Shown piece after piece: positions 30,437-43,975 of a DNA stretch of 64,000 nt. The stretch lies in the NCBI RefSeq assembly GCF_009914755.1, contig NC_060937.1. One strand, 5' to 3'. Under the pieces are notes generated by a model. The model did not search any database. It was not told the origin of the DNA and saw nothing but the letters and a program-made list of their open reading frames with translations. Origin of the DNA: the human T2T-CHM13v2.0 reference genome, Homo sapiens. The first letter of the stretch is position 1; each line of letters starts with the position of its first letter. The translations under genes and the position numbers were made by a program.

Positions 30437-30493
30437 AGGTCTATGAATGGCATATTGAGTCTGAACATTATTTGAACTATTACAAGTTTTGGA

Positions 30494-30753
30494 GGCCAGG
30501 TGTGATGGCTTGTGCCTATAATTCCAGCACTTTGGGAGACCTTGGTGGGCAGACAGCATGAATTCAGGAGTTTAGACCAGCTGGGGCAACATGGTGAGAC
30601 CCTGCCTATACAAAAAAAAAAAAAAAAAACCTAGCTGGGCATGGTGGTTCATGCCTGTAGTGCACCAGTTACTCAGGAGGCTGAGTCAGGAGGATCGCTT
30701 GAGCCCAGGGAGGTCAAGGCTGCAGTGAGCCATGGTAGTGCCACTGCACTCCA
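30494..30753 (+). mobile_element. AluJ, 3'-truncated
   Basis: Both arms present with J diagnostics ('ggaggatcgcttgagcccaggg..gtcaaggctgcagtgagc'). Ends at 'gccactgcactcca' without a tail. Confidence 0.9.
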
Positions 30754-30879
30754 AATTTTTAGTAGAGGAAACATAACCTGAGCTATACTTAAGGATGTTA
30801 ACTCTGATGACAAGACAACAGATACATTGAATGGGAAGGGAACGGAAAAAGACTATGTTAGTAAAGGCCTAAAATTGAG

Positions 30880-31370
30880 CAGTGGCAGCAGTGAGAAATA
30901 GGAGGAAGTGGATGTGAATAATACTGTGGAATACAATCCACTATATTTGAGTGCTAAATGAAAAAGGATTTATGAAATGGAAAAAGTCAAAGATAATTGA
31001 AATATTTTGAAGATTCTTAAGGGAAGATCCAGTTTGAATAAAACATCTTGTTTAAGTACACTTCGTTTAGGGTGTCAGTGCCACATCCAAGAGGCCTTCG
31101 GCAGCCATTGGAAATACGTAGTTGGACATACTTGACATGGAGCCAATAAATGAAGATTATAGAAATAGATGAATAGAATGTCAAAAAGAAAGTTAATGAA
31201 TAAAGGTGAGAGACACAAAGGGGAAAAGGAAAAAAGGTAGTGGAAATTAAAATTGAAAGAAAAAATACCTAAAATGTAGAAAGAATGAGTGGAAGGAAAT
31301 TTTTCATGATGCCAAGGAAGGAAAGTTTTCTTTTTTCTATGAAAAATGGTTGGACAATAGTGCTTAGGGT
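30880..31370 (-). mobile_element. L2 relic
   Basis: Purine-rich 'gcagtggcagcagtgagaaataggaggaagtggatgtga' and 'acatccaag...ggcagccattggaaatac'. Confidence 0.55.
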
Positions 31371-31384
31371 GAGAATGAGGATTT

Positions 31385-32850
31385 CAAATTTTGTGTAAAC
31401 TTATAGTGTACATGTGTAATTTTGTTACATGGATAGATTTCATAGTAGTGAAGTCTGGACTTCTAGTGTATCCATCACCCAAATAATACACATGGCACCT
31501 ATTATGTAATTTCTCATCCCTCACCCTCCTCCTACTCTCCTACCCTTCTGAATCCACAATTTCCATAATTCCACTCACTTATAAGTAGGAGCTAAACAAT
31601 GTCCATGTATACACATTTTTTAGCTCCCACTTAAAAGTAAGGACATGATGTATTTGTCTTTCTGTTTCTGAAACTTGTTTCACTTAAGATAATGGTCTCC
31701 AGCTCCATCCATGTTGCTGCAAAAGACATGGTTTCATTATCTTCTATGACTGCATAGTATTCCATGATGTGTATATACCACACTTCCTTTATCCAGTCAT
31801 ACATTGATGCACACTTATGTTGATTCCATATCTTTGCTATCGTGAATAGTGCTGTGATAAACATATGAGTGCAGGTATCCTTTAGATGTAAAGATTTCTT
31901 TGCTTTTGTATGGCTACTCAGAAGAGAGATTGCTGAATAAAATGGTAGTTCTGTTTAGCTCCTTGAGAAGTCTTCATACTTTTAGGTTGTACTAATTTAT
32001 GTTCCCATCAACAGTATGTAAGTGTTCTATTTTTCTCTATATCCTTGCCGATATCTGGTTTTTTTTTTTTTTTGTCTTTTTAATAATGGCCATTTGGACT
32101 GATGTAAGATAATATCTCATTGTGGTTTTCATTTGTATTTCTCTGATTATTAGTGATTTTGAGCATTTTTTCACATGCTTATTGGCCATTTGTATGTCAT
32201 CTTTGAAATATGTCTATTCATGTCCTTTGCCCAGTTTGTAATGGGGTTATTTGGGTTTTATTTGTTGAATTGTCTGAGTTCCTTATAAATTCTGGATATT
32301 ATTTCCTTGTTGGAGGCATAGTTGCAAATATTTTCTCCCATTATACAGGATGTCTATTCCCTTTGTTAATTATTTCTTTTATTGCGCAGAAGCTTTTCAG
32401 TTTAATTAAGTTCCATTTGTCTATTTTTGTTTTCATTTGCCCTTGCTTTTGATGTCTTAGGCATGAATTCTTTGCCTAGACCACTGTCCAGAAGAGTTTT
32501 CCTTAGGTTTTCTTCTAGTATTTTCAGAGTTTCAGGTATTATATTCTAATCTTTAATTCATCCTGAGTTGATTTTTGTACATGACAAGAGATGGGGTCCA
32601 GTTTTATTCTTCTGCATATGTCAATCCAATTTTCTCAGCACAATTTACTAAAATAGTGTCTTTTCTCTGTGTTTGTTCTTACCAATTTTGTCAAAAATCA
32701 GCTGTAAATATGTGGTTTTGTTTCAGGGTTCTCTATTCTGTTCCATTGATCTACCATGCTATTTCGGTTTCTATAGACTTTAATATAATTTGAAGTCAGG
32801 TACTGTGATACCTCCAGCTTTGTTCTTTTTGCTTAGGATAGCTTTGGCTA
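31385..32850 (-). mobile_element. 5'-truncated L1PB4-like element
   Basis: 3' UTR 'ttttgttacatggatagatt..atagtagtgaagtctgg..tgtatccatcaccc' and ORF2-end remnant 31631..31864. Flanked by a 14-bp TSD gagaatgaggattt (31371-31384) / gaaaatgaagattt (32851-32864). Confidence 0.9.
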
Positions 32851-33442
32851 GAAAATGAAGATTTAGAAAGCCACTGCATTTTATTATTATTAGAAGACTT
32901 TATGGAGAGTAGCTTCAGGTAGGAACTTGGCAAAAAAGCAATCTTTAGGGATAGTGGGTGGTTGTATAAAACTGGAAGAAGAAAAAATAGGCCCAGTGAA
33001 ATTCCTTAGCAAAATAAAAAACAAAGGCAAATAATTGCTCAAAGATTGGAGGAATTCAAGCATTTTGAAGCAAAAACAGAAATAATACTGGGTTATTCTT
33101 TTTCAGGAGTTAGGAAGGAATCATATGAAGAGAATACATGGAAGGATATTCTTAAATGGAGAGGAGATATTTCTATTGAGTCAAAAAGAAAGCAGAAAAA
33201 AAGTAAGATAAATCCAAAAATCAAGATTATATTTTCCTACGTTGTTTCTGACATTAGTATTAATATTGAATCCTTTTACTGGGAAATAATAACCTTCTCA
33301 TTGAAGGTGCACGAAATGTTCATTTGTGAGAGCAAAGGCTGTGTCCTACAGATTTGTGCAGATAAATAATAAATGGAGGACTCAATTTTAAGTATTTCTC
33401 TTTAGCCTTCCCCAAACTGTTCACTATTGTTGGTAGTTACTG

Positions 33443-34122
<680 letters not shown>

Positions 34123-35469
34123 TCAAGCATTATATTTCAGCCTGGATTTGACAAAGTAATCATCTCAGTGAGATAATTAAGGAAGACATTTGTGTAATTT
34201 AAAAATCTAAACACTGAAGAACTTCTGAAAAGTGCCTGATTATGTTTGGCTTACACTTTCCATATATCCATGAGACTCTATGTGGCTGTATATCTAACAA
34301 CTCTATATGTGTCTCTGTCTCTGTCATCTCTGTCTGTCTTTATTTCCATCTCTGTCTCTATCTTTTTATCTTCGTCTCTTTGTAGGTTTGGAACTGATTC
34401 AGTTTCCAATCTGCATTTAAGCCCTATTTAAAACTCCTTTTATTAAAAATGTACTTGGATTAGCTAACAGTACAGATCTGACCCTGTTTGTCTCCTGAGA
34501 AAGCCCCTTATTTGGAGGTCATTGGGAAATTCAATAAAAAATGTCATGGTTAAAATTTAATAGGAGGATGCCAATCCCTATATATAACCCATCCATGCAA
34601 CCATATGTATATATGACTATTGTGACATTCCGCAAAGCAGGAAAATGGAGGCTTTAAGAAGAATAATTTTATGAATTTTTTATTCTTTTAATAAACTCGT
34701 TAAAATAAAGTTTTAGATTCTTTTTTCTATCCTCTCAAGATATCTATAAATGGAAGCTGTTTACATAGTATATTGATAAAAAGCTTATCAAAAACAAAAA
34801 TTAGGGATGAAAAATTCCAGGAGGCTAGAGTTTTAGAGTTCACAAACAATTTTCAGTTATTATCCTTGTGGCAACTATACATAAAGATACAAATTGGGTT
34901 TCAAAAGTTCATAGGAAGTATTTATGAAGCCAAGATCAATTCTCTTGTTGCAATTCCTGATTTACACAAGTGCATTTCAGAACAGCAGACAAGAGCACTT
35001 GTATTTTCCAATCATTTAAAGATCACTTTGTGAGCCCATATCCATGTGATTCAGTGCTCCTGGTTATTAAATTTCTGTACTGTCATTTGATCATATTTGT
35101 TAAATAGTTTTTAATTGCTATTTTCTTTTCCTACTTAAATAGTAGACTTTGTAAATGAAAAGAAAATCTAGCATTTTTCACTTTTGCATTGCAAATTACA
35201 AATGAAAATGGTGACCCTGCTCTGAGCAATCAGTTACATTATTTTTCTTTCATCGTGTGATTTCCTTTACTTTTTGAAAGTGTCAACTACCACTTGACTC
35301 TTCATAAAATCATTGTACCTGTTATCTTGGAGTAAAAGGCTAAATATAAAGTTTTATTTATTTCCTCAAAAAATATTTTTTAAAAGTGAATAGCTTGATT
35401 TTGGCATTGTCCAAAATTGAATTTAATCATATCTGTGGAGAGTTTAAAATCTCAAATTTTAAAATTAAG

Positions 35470-36150
35470 ATATAAAAAAAACCAAAGACAATCGTATTGG
35501 TGAAGATATGGGGAAACTAGAACTCTTGCACACTGTTGGAGGAAATACAAAATGGTGCAGCTGTTATTGAAAATAGTAATGAGTTTTTCTCAAAAATCTA
35601 AAAACAGAACTATCATGTGATCCAGTCCTTCCATTTATTGGTATATATCAAAATGAAATGAAACCAGTATATTAAAAAGATAATTTGCATTTCCATGTTC
35701 ATTGCAACACTGTTCACGATAGCCAAGATGTAGAAACAAGCTAAGTGCCCATCGACAGATAAATGGATAAAGAAAATGTGGTAATACATACAATGAAATA
35801 CTCTTCTGTCTTTAGAAAGAAGAAAATTGTGCAATACAAGACAACATGGATGAATATTGAGAATTTTTATGCTCTTTGTGAAATAAGTTGGTTGCAAAAA
35901 GACAAATACTGCATGCTTCCACTGATGTGAGATATCTAAAATAGTCAAATTTGTAGAATAAAAAAGTGGAATGGTGATTACTAGAGGCTGGGTGGAGAGA
36001 AAAATTGGGAGTTACTAAATCAACGAGCATAAAGTTTCAGTTAAGATGAATAAGCTCTCGAGAGTTAAAAATAATGTATTGTACACTTAAAATTTTGCCG
36101 AAAGGGTAGATCTCATGTTAAGTGTTATCACAGTAAAATAAAATTTAAAA
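35470..36150 (+). mobile_element. L1MA9-10/L1MB-like 3' end
   Basis: 'gaactcttgcacactgttgg', 'ccatgttcattgcaacactgttcac' and 'aagggtagatctcatgttaagtgtt'. Confidence 0.88.
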
Positions 36151-36394
36151 TGCAAAGTGAATAAAATACTTCACTCTCACTCTGGCTTTCAGGGTTCATA
36201 CATGGAAACCAACATGGATTCATTTTCACTATTCCTATTTCATATGTTTGTTGGTTCTTTGTAGTAACCTTTGCTTTTGAGGGGCAATTAGATAGAATTG
36301 AATTTTTCTTTGTCATTAAACTGTCATTTCTCTTAAAGACTAAGATTTGTCTAATTTAAACAGAATCCTGACACTTTCAACTATAATTTAAAAA

Positions 36395-37000
36395 TTCACC
36401 TCAGAAACACTGAGCACCTGCTGCAAGGTAGGCTTTCAGCTAGGCATTGGGTATAAAGTCGTAATCCCAACAGATGCATTTTCCCTCCCCCTTGTGTTCC
36501 TGCTATGAAGGAGGACAGTGGCAATGGCCAAATAAACATGTAGTTATATAATTACCACTTGAGATAAATACTATAAAGGGGAACAGCAGTGAATAATAAT
36601 AGAAAATAATACCAGGGCCCTTACTTATCCATAGGATAATGAGATAAAGTCTCTTCATAAAATCAGCTGAGACCTAAATGTAGAGTAAGTTAGGTGAAGA
36701 GGGAGAAGTGTGATATTCCAGGCCAAGTGAGCTGTATCCCTGGGGGCCTCGAGGTGGGAAACAGTGCATGGTGTAGTCCTGGCACTAACAGGGTCCCAGT
36801 ACAATGGACAAGAAGAGGGGACGATGAGTTGGAGAAACTGAGTTGTTAGGCAGAGTTCAAATAATGCATTGATTGGTAGTCCATGATACAGAGTGTGTTT
36901 GTTTTTGAAATACAATGAGATACTATAGGAAAAATGTGAATAGTGAAGTAGCGTGATATAATTTATTTCTTTAAATGATTAGTTTGTAGAAGGTAAGTGC
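36395..37000 (-). mobile_element. L2 relic
   Basis: 'actgagcacctgctg', 'cagctgagacctaaatg..gagtaagttagg' and 'gtgatattccaggc'. Confidence 0.65.
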
Positions 37001-37639
37001 TTTGAAGACAGAGGTAGGGAGTGCAGGAAAGCTTTCCTATTGAGCAGATAAGTCAGAAAGTACATCTTTGTTTTAATAAATTTGGTTTGATTTGAGGAGC
37101 AATGAATATTGTATATATCAGCACTTCTGTTTTCTGTGGATGTCATTTAAGTGACTTACATTTTGCTAGTTTTAAAATTTTGCTTATGTTAAGTATCCAT
37201 AAGGAGTCTTATTTCCTATTTTCAATTTATCTGAAAATCTGTAATCATAATACCATATATATACCTTAATCTGCTCCTAAAATAAAAATTTATTAAGCAC
37301 ACACTATGTGCTAAGAATTGTGCAAAGATGAAGACGTTTATAACTGCCATCCTCTCTCACCCTATCCCTATCTCATACCTTTGTCTTTTTTGCCTTTGTG
37401 GGTCACCAAGCTGTAAAACCACTAATCTTTCATTATGTATCTTCTTTATATCTCTTATTCAAAAACATGTACTAAGGTAGAGTGTTTCTTTAAGCTGCTG
37501 GGCTTGAGCTAATGTTATAGAAGAAAATACATTTTATTTCATACCTTATTTATTACAACCCAGAGTATTCAACAACAAGAAAACTGGAAAATAATTCTTA
37601 AAAGTTAAAAATCAGCATCTATATTTGCTATCTGATTTC

Positions 37640-37750
37640 TAACTACATATAGCTGTATATACATATATACACATATGTATGTATCTATATCTAACATATA
37701 TACTATGTGTATATATAAAAATATATATTGAGAGAGAGGGAGAGAGAAGG
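37640..37750. repeat. TA-rich low-complexity tract followed by (GA)n
   Basis: Seen directly. Confidence 0.85.
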
Positions 37751-39502
37751 AACCTAATACACATATCAAAAAATGGTATAAGTCCAATGTAATTCTTAAA
37801 ATGGACAAACGGAGTCCCTAAAATTAGCATGCAGTTGTGCATCCTTAATGTTTTGATAGATTTTTATGCAAATTAGTTTCTTTTCTAATTTTGGAGATGC
37901 AGGCACAAGTATCTAGTTTACCACTTTTTATTTTGCTATTGTCACAGATTATACAAGCTCTCATTAAAGTTCTATCCCTTTGTCCATTCAAAGTGCACAT
38001 CCAGTAACTCTTTAAAAAATGATTTTTTGAGGTTGTTGCTCACAGTCTTGTTAAATGATGAAAATTCCCCACAGTAATTACCAAGCCCTCTGGAGTTGAA
38101 TTCTACAAGTGAACTTCCAAGTTTCTGAGATGATCTTTCTTCACTCTTCCCTCAGTATTTCTAGATTCTCTCTGTTGCAAGTACTGAAATCTATTATTCA
38201 GCAAAACAGAATAAATTGCTTGCATAAAATTATTTGTTCTTATGAAAGTTTTGTGTTGAATTTAGGAAAATGAGTTCACATAAAAGCATTAAACATTGAG
38301 AACTTGTGAGTAAAGATCTAGTCATAAATTTAAATATTTTTCATAGTTATGAAAATGCCAACATTCCATTAGAGATAAAGATGAACATTTTTCCCTTATC
38401 TAGATGCAAATATGATCAATTTTAAAAATAAACCTATATAATATTGACAATAGTTAAATATGTTACTTGCTTGAAGGTGAATTGATAATATATACATCTC
38501 TTTCATCATTAAGATCTTTCTTCATTGTTGAAAACATCGATAATATATTAATATTTATAGAATGGAAGGGGAGTAATAAAAACTAAAACTAAAAATATGT
38601 TATTTGTATTTATTTTATCAAATATATAAATATCACTCCATTTTTCTGACTATGGTCCAGGGCAAAAAATAACATAATACAACATGTGTTCTTAGTATGC
38701 TAGCCTATTGATTTGAGAAGTGGTTCCTTTAAGTTATTTAAATAAGGAAAGAAACTTATAACCAAATAAACAATACACAACTAAAAGTCACTTGCCCATT
38801 GTTTTCATATGCATCACTTCAGTCATTACTTTTACAAATACAAATATTAAGGACTGGATACTAATGAATACATGTAAAATTGACAATCCTATTGATTTCA
38901 AAACCAGGGAAAATATTTTTATTTGACAAAAGGGCTTACATTTGTTTAAATAAGTTAAGTTGCCTAACATAATTTGATTTTATTAAGTTAGTAAAATTGA
39001 GCACCCACTGTGTACTGTCCTTTACAACAGATGTTACAGTTTTATCCCCTCTCTCACTTTGTCTTCTTCAGAGGCATTTTCCCAGGGACTACATACATTA
39101 TTACCTCTGAAAAACATTGGCAGAAAGCAAAAAACTAGCAATCATATGTGTAAGCACCCTGGCTCCTCTTTATCTGAAGAGTGCATCCAAAGGGTTGTTC
39201 TTTCCCGCTTATGCTGTAAAAGTTTAACACGTTTATTATTGATAATGAGGATACTAGTAAAAATGCTTAGTGTTTGATCTGTCAACTCAAAGTGATGCTT
39301 TCTAGATAATTGTAACTGCAATCTAGTTAATTAGTTCTTATGACAACCAAGGAACTTTTTATTATGCTTAACCCCTCACTAGTGTGTGCCACCTGATTGG
39401 CGGAAAGTTTGAGGGTAAGTTGCCCAGTTGGCAGCTGTTGGTGGATGATGCTGACATGATCAGGCTGAAGAGCTAAACACTGAAGACCTGCTAGTGTAAA
39501 GG

Positions 39503-39672
39503 TCGGTGATTCCCAATGCTGGCTGCAAGTGAGTACTTTTAACTCATACTGATGTTCAGGTTGGAAACTCAAATTAATTCAAACAGAATGTGGGGCAGAG
39601 GGAGCCAGGACACAGGTGTTTCTAAAACTTCTCAGGGGGGTTCCTCATGTGTAGACAGTGTTGAGAAGCTAG
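39503..39672. mobile_element. MER5B-like hAT MITE
   Basis: 'cggtgattcccaatgctggctgca...ccaggacacaggtgtttctaaaacttctcagg...gttgagaagc'. Confidence 0.6.
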
Positions 39673-39782
39673 AGAGAGACTCTCTTTTAGGCTGAAAGAG
39701 AATTGTGTCACTGATTTCACTTGCGCTGTGGGCAGATTTTAGTTACAGGGGCTTTAACTTGAAGTGCTTTCTTTCATTATGT

Positions 39783-39968
39783 CCTCAGTTCTTAAAGTGA
39801 TTGGGAAACAAGCAGCATCAGCATCTGGGAACTAGATAGAAATGCAAGTTTTCCAGCCTGACACTGAACCTATTAAAACAGAAACTCTGGGGTTGGATCC
39901 CAGAATTCTGTGTTTTTAAAAAGCCTTCCAGGCAATTCTAATATACATTAAAGTTTGAGAATCATTTT
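39783..39968. mobile_element. MER5A hAT MITE
   Basis: 'gttcttaaagtg...cagcatcagcatctgggaactagatagaaatgcaa...cagaaactctgggg...aaagtttgagaatcatt'. Confidence 0.85.
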
Positions 39969-40779
39969 AGGCAAATCCTAGGCTATTATGGATACATGGA
40001 ATCTAACAGTTATAGCTCTTCCCATTCATCACCCGGGTACATAGAAGGCACCTGGTTAAGCAATCCAAGGCACATGTTCTATGAACTTCTGTTCCTTCCT
40101 TGCCAGAATGAAACAGTTGACTTAGATAACGTTTTTATTATTCTAAATGCCTTCTAAGAGTAATCAGTGACATTTTGTAAATATCCACATTCAAAAAATA
40201 AATGATCTTTGAAAGAATGTTCAGGAAATAGGTGTATCTATTCGTTTGTTATTATAATCGCTGAAACAAAATGACATCTCCCAAAGTCCTGAGTAGATTT
40301 ATGTAAGAAACTGCTTTTTCTCTGTTGGTCAAAATTAAACAGAGTAATAGATTCCCAGGTTTTCCTTTCCTGTCTAAGGGACAAAAATGGTATTAAGAAA
40401 ACATACATTTTATACTCAGCTATTGAATTAAATAAGACTTTCTAGAGCTATAAGAATAGATTTCCTATCACTACTAGATTTTGTCTTCCACTATTTTATC
40501 ATTCAAGGAAATCATAATTTATAATTTCCCTCTCATCTGGAAGTTTGTGGTATTCTTCCAAAGTTACTCTCATATCTGGTTGCTTTTTTTACATGAAATT
40601 TTTTTCCAGCACAGTTCTACTGTCAACTCTTAATTTTTATGCAGGGTGGAACTCTTTTCTTTCCTATTAATTAAGTTTTGTTTTATCTTTTTGGTAAGCT
40701 GTGACCTTTCATTGTTGCAGATCACAAGTCCCATCTCATCAAGTTTCAATAATGTCTTTCTGTTCATGTGCACTTCCTT

Positions 40780-41770
40780 AAAGATCTTAATAGACATTTC
40801 TCAAGACACACAAATGACCAACAGGTATATGAAAAAACACATCACTAATCATCAGGGAAACACAAATCAAAACCACAATGAGATATCATCTCACCTCAGT
40901 TAAAGTAACTACTATCAAAAAAGTAGAAAACATGTTGGAAAGGATGCAAAGAGAAAGTGGAATTCTTGTACACTGTTACGGAAATGGAAATTAGTACAGC
41001 CACTATGGAAAATAGTATGTAGTTCCTTAAAAAAACATAAAGTAGAGCTACCATATGATCCAGAAATCCCACTGCTGGGTATATATCCAAAAAAAAAAAG
41101 AAAATCAATGTATCAAAGAGATAGCTGCACTTCCATGTTTATTGTAGCACTATTTACAAGAGCCAAGATAGGGAATCAAACTAAGTGTCCATCAATGGAT
41201 GAATGAATAAAGAAAATGTGGTACATATACACAATAGAATATCATGTAGCCAAAAAAGAATGAAATCCTATCATTTGCAGCAACATGGATGGAACTGGAG
41301 GAGATTGTGTTAAGTGAAATAAGTCAAGAACACAACGACTCATGTGGGAGCTAAAATAACTGAATCTCATGGAAGTAGAAAGTAGTATGGTTATCAGAGG
41401 TTGGGAAGAGTAAGGGCTAGAAGGGATGAAGAAAAATTGGTGAATAGGCACCAGATACAGTTAGATTGAAGGAATGAGCTTTAGTGTTCAATGGCACAGT
41501 AGGGTGATTGTATACTATGCATACATACTCCATGTAATGTACTATAAATTTTTGTAATATTTAACTATATATTTCAAAATAGATAAGAAAATCTGGAATG
41601 TTCCCAACACAAACAAGTGATACATGTTTGATGTGATGGATATCCTAATTACCCTGATTTGATTATTGCAAGTCGTATGTATCAAAAATATTTGTACCCC
41701 GTAAATATATAGAACAACTATTATGTATCAACAAACTACCACTTACATTAAAAAAATTCACAATAAAATA
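40780..41770 (+). mobile_element. L1MA6-8-like 3' end
   Basis: 'aatagacatttctcaa...aaaaccacaatgagatatcatctcac' and 'gtgatggatatcctaattaccctgatttgat', followed by an A-rich tail. Confidence 0.9.
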
Positions 41771-42287
41771 GAAACCAAAAATTTAGCTTGGGATTTCAAA
41801 TATTTGAATATAGACATCTGGATCTAAATACTAAAGAGTTAAATACCAAAGGGTTAAAATTCTTATTCTGCCCATGGAATCCAGAAATACAGGACTGGAA
41901 GGGACTTAGTTTTCAGTACTACCTGAAATCAATCTGTTTTGTGGCTTTTCTTTTTGTGTAACAATCATTATTTTACCTAGCTCTCCCCATTCGTCACCCG
42001 GTTACATAGAAGGCACCTGCTCAATTACTGATAAATTTTACACTAGTTATTTTTGTCTCTGTCCTTCAAACCACAGTTTAAATACCTTTCTCTCAAGGTG
42101 CTAATTATCCTTCCAGAAGTACTTTGTTGATAATGTAATCCAGAATCTGAAAAGATATGTTTGTCAATAAAAACAAGGTACACCTCTGTTCTCTCTCTAC
42201 CTCTATTATTAGGTAGAATCTTACCCTTCAAGTGGAGTGATACCATTACCTAATTTCCATCCTTTCTAAGTCTGACTTTTGAAGTTT

Positions 42288-42495
42288 GGATGCTTGCCAA
42301 ACTTCAGCTGGGCATGAGAGTCACCTGGAGGGCTTGTTAAACTTGGATTTGAACTTAGATCTGTCTAAAAATAACACAGATTGCTAGGCCCACACCCAGA
42401 GTTTCTGATTCAGTATGTCTACACAGGGGCTCAAGAAATTGCAGATTTAACAAATTCTCAGCTGATGCTGCTGACCACTTTTTGAGTACCATTGT
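42288..42495. mobile_element. MER5A hAT MITE (opposite orientation to the 39783 copy) with a ~30-bp insert
   Basis: 'tcacctggagggcttgttaaa...cacagattgctaggcccacacccagagtttctgattcagt...accactttttgagtaccattg'. Confidence 0.85.
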
Positions 42496-42955
42496 TAAGG
42501 TGTTCTGTCCTAATGAGATGAAAAACTAATGGTCTTCAAATATCAGAATTGCTCTCAAATCCACCCACTGTTCACCATTTGCATTTTCCACCTCCTGTCA
42601 TTTCTCCCCACTGTAGCCAGGCTGATTATCTTAAAATATGAACCATAAAGGATTTTTGAGCTTGGTTGTCCCTCTGCCTGCAACCTATTAGAATCTTTCC
42701 TTTGCTGTTAAGGTAAAAATCCACTTCCTCCCAACCCTCCAACATAGGCTACCAGGCACAGCACAATCAACCTGCCATACCATCCTCAATTCAAGCCCCA
42801 ACCCCCATCTCTGGTGGGGCTTGAAACTGAGCTCTTTCCATCTTGGGCCTTATCCAGTTGCTCATTTTCCAGGAATGCTCTTCTATTAAATCTGAGGCTG
42901 CTCCACTCCTACTCTTCAGGCTGCTCAGCTCTGTCAGGGCTCCCCACCATACTTC

Positions 42956-43068
42956 TGTGGTGAGTAACTCTCCTGGTTTACCCATGACTGAGGGGATTTT
43001 TAGAAAGTGAGACTTTCAGTGCTAAAATCAGGACGGTCTTGGGCAAACCAGGAAGATCGAGCATGCTA
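42956..43068. mobile_element. MER81 hAT-Blackjack MITE
   Basis: About 113 bp with degenerate TIRs and the core 'gactgagggg...gactttcagtgctaaaa...gggcaaaccagga'. Confidence 0.8.
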
Positions 43069-43074
43069 TCAATC

Positions 43075-43285
43075 TCCCAGCTTTCAATTTTATGTTTTCT
43101 TTATAGCACTTACATAATTTATAATTGTATATTTACTTGTGTGATTTTTTGAGCACTTGCCATCATTATTAGACTACAACTCCATAAGAGAAAAGATGGA
43201 ATCTATTGTTTTCAACTCTTTTGTCTTCAGAGCCTAGCATTACATTTATCACAAAATACCTGCTCGGTAATTACTGCTTTTGAAA
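43075..43285 (+). mobile_element. L2a-like 3' end
   Basis: 'tttctttatagcactta...tagactacaactccataag...cagagcctagca'. Confidence 0.65.
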
Positions 43286-43690
43286 AAGCTACATGTGTCA
43301 TTGGTTACCTCTGCTACAAAGGGAAGTGGAGAATGCTGAATGTGAGTTATAAAACAACCTGCAATATTTGTCTTACCTTATAAAACATATGTTATCAGAA
43401 AATTTTGGAAATAAAATTTTATACATTTCTCTCTTCCCATTGGTACCTAGACATTGCTAATATGATTTAGTTGGCTTGAGCCCACCAATTCCATTGATGT
43501 CCCAGACTTTTCAGCTAACAGAGGCTGCAGCTAAAGAAATACCCATATCTCTGATCTAGTAAGTTGAAACCCAATGACCCTTTCTTAATAAAAATTAAAA
43601 ATTAATAGTAACTGGCATTGAGTGCTTATTATATATACCAAGTTCTAGGGTAAACACTATACCTGCGTCATCTCTTAAAAATGTACATGC

Positions 43691-43975
43691 CACTGGGTGC
43701 GGGGCTCATGCCTGTAATCCCAGCACTTTGGGAGGCTGAGGCAGGCATATCACCTGAGATCACAAGTTCAAGACCAGCCTGGCCAACATGGTGAAACCCC
43801 GTCTCTACTAAAAATACAAAAATTAGCCAGGCCCGGTGGCATGTGCCTGTTATCCCAGCTACTCAGGAGGCTGAGGCAGGAAAATCACTTGAACCTGGGA
43901 GGCGGAGGTTGCAGTGAGCCAAGATCGTGCCACTTCACTCTATCCGGGATGAAAGAGTGAAACTCCATCTCAAAA
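43691..43975 (+). mobile_element. AluS (Sx-like) inserted into a minus-strand MIR (~43600-44120)
   Basis: Full dimer with TSD aaaaatgtacatgc / aaaaatgtacatcc. MIR core 'attatcctcattttagcaatgaggaa' lies downstream. Confidence 0.93.

Noticed and set aside
39783-42495. Two oppositely oriented MER5A copies as ends of a composite transposon
   Set aside because: No shared 8-bp TSD is visible. MER5A is very abundant, so independent insertions suffice.
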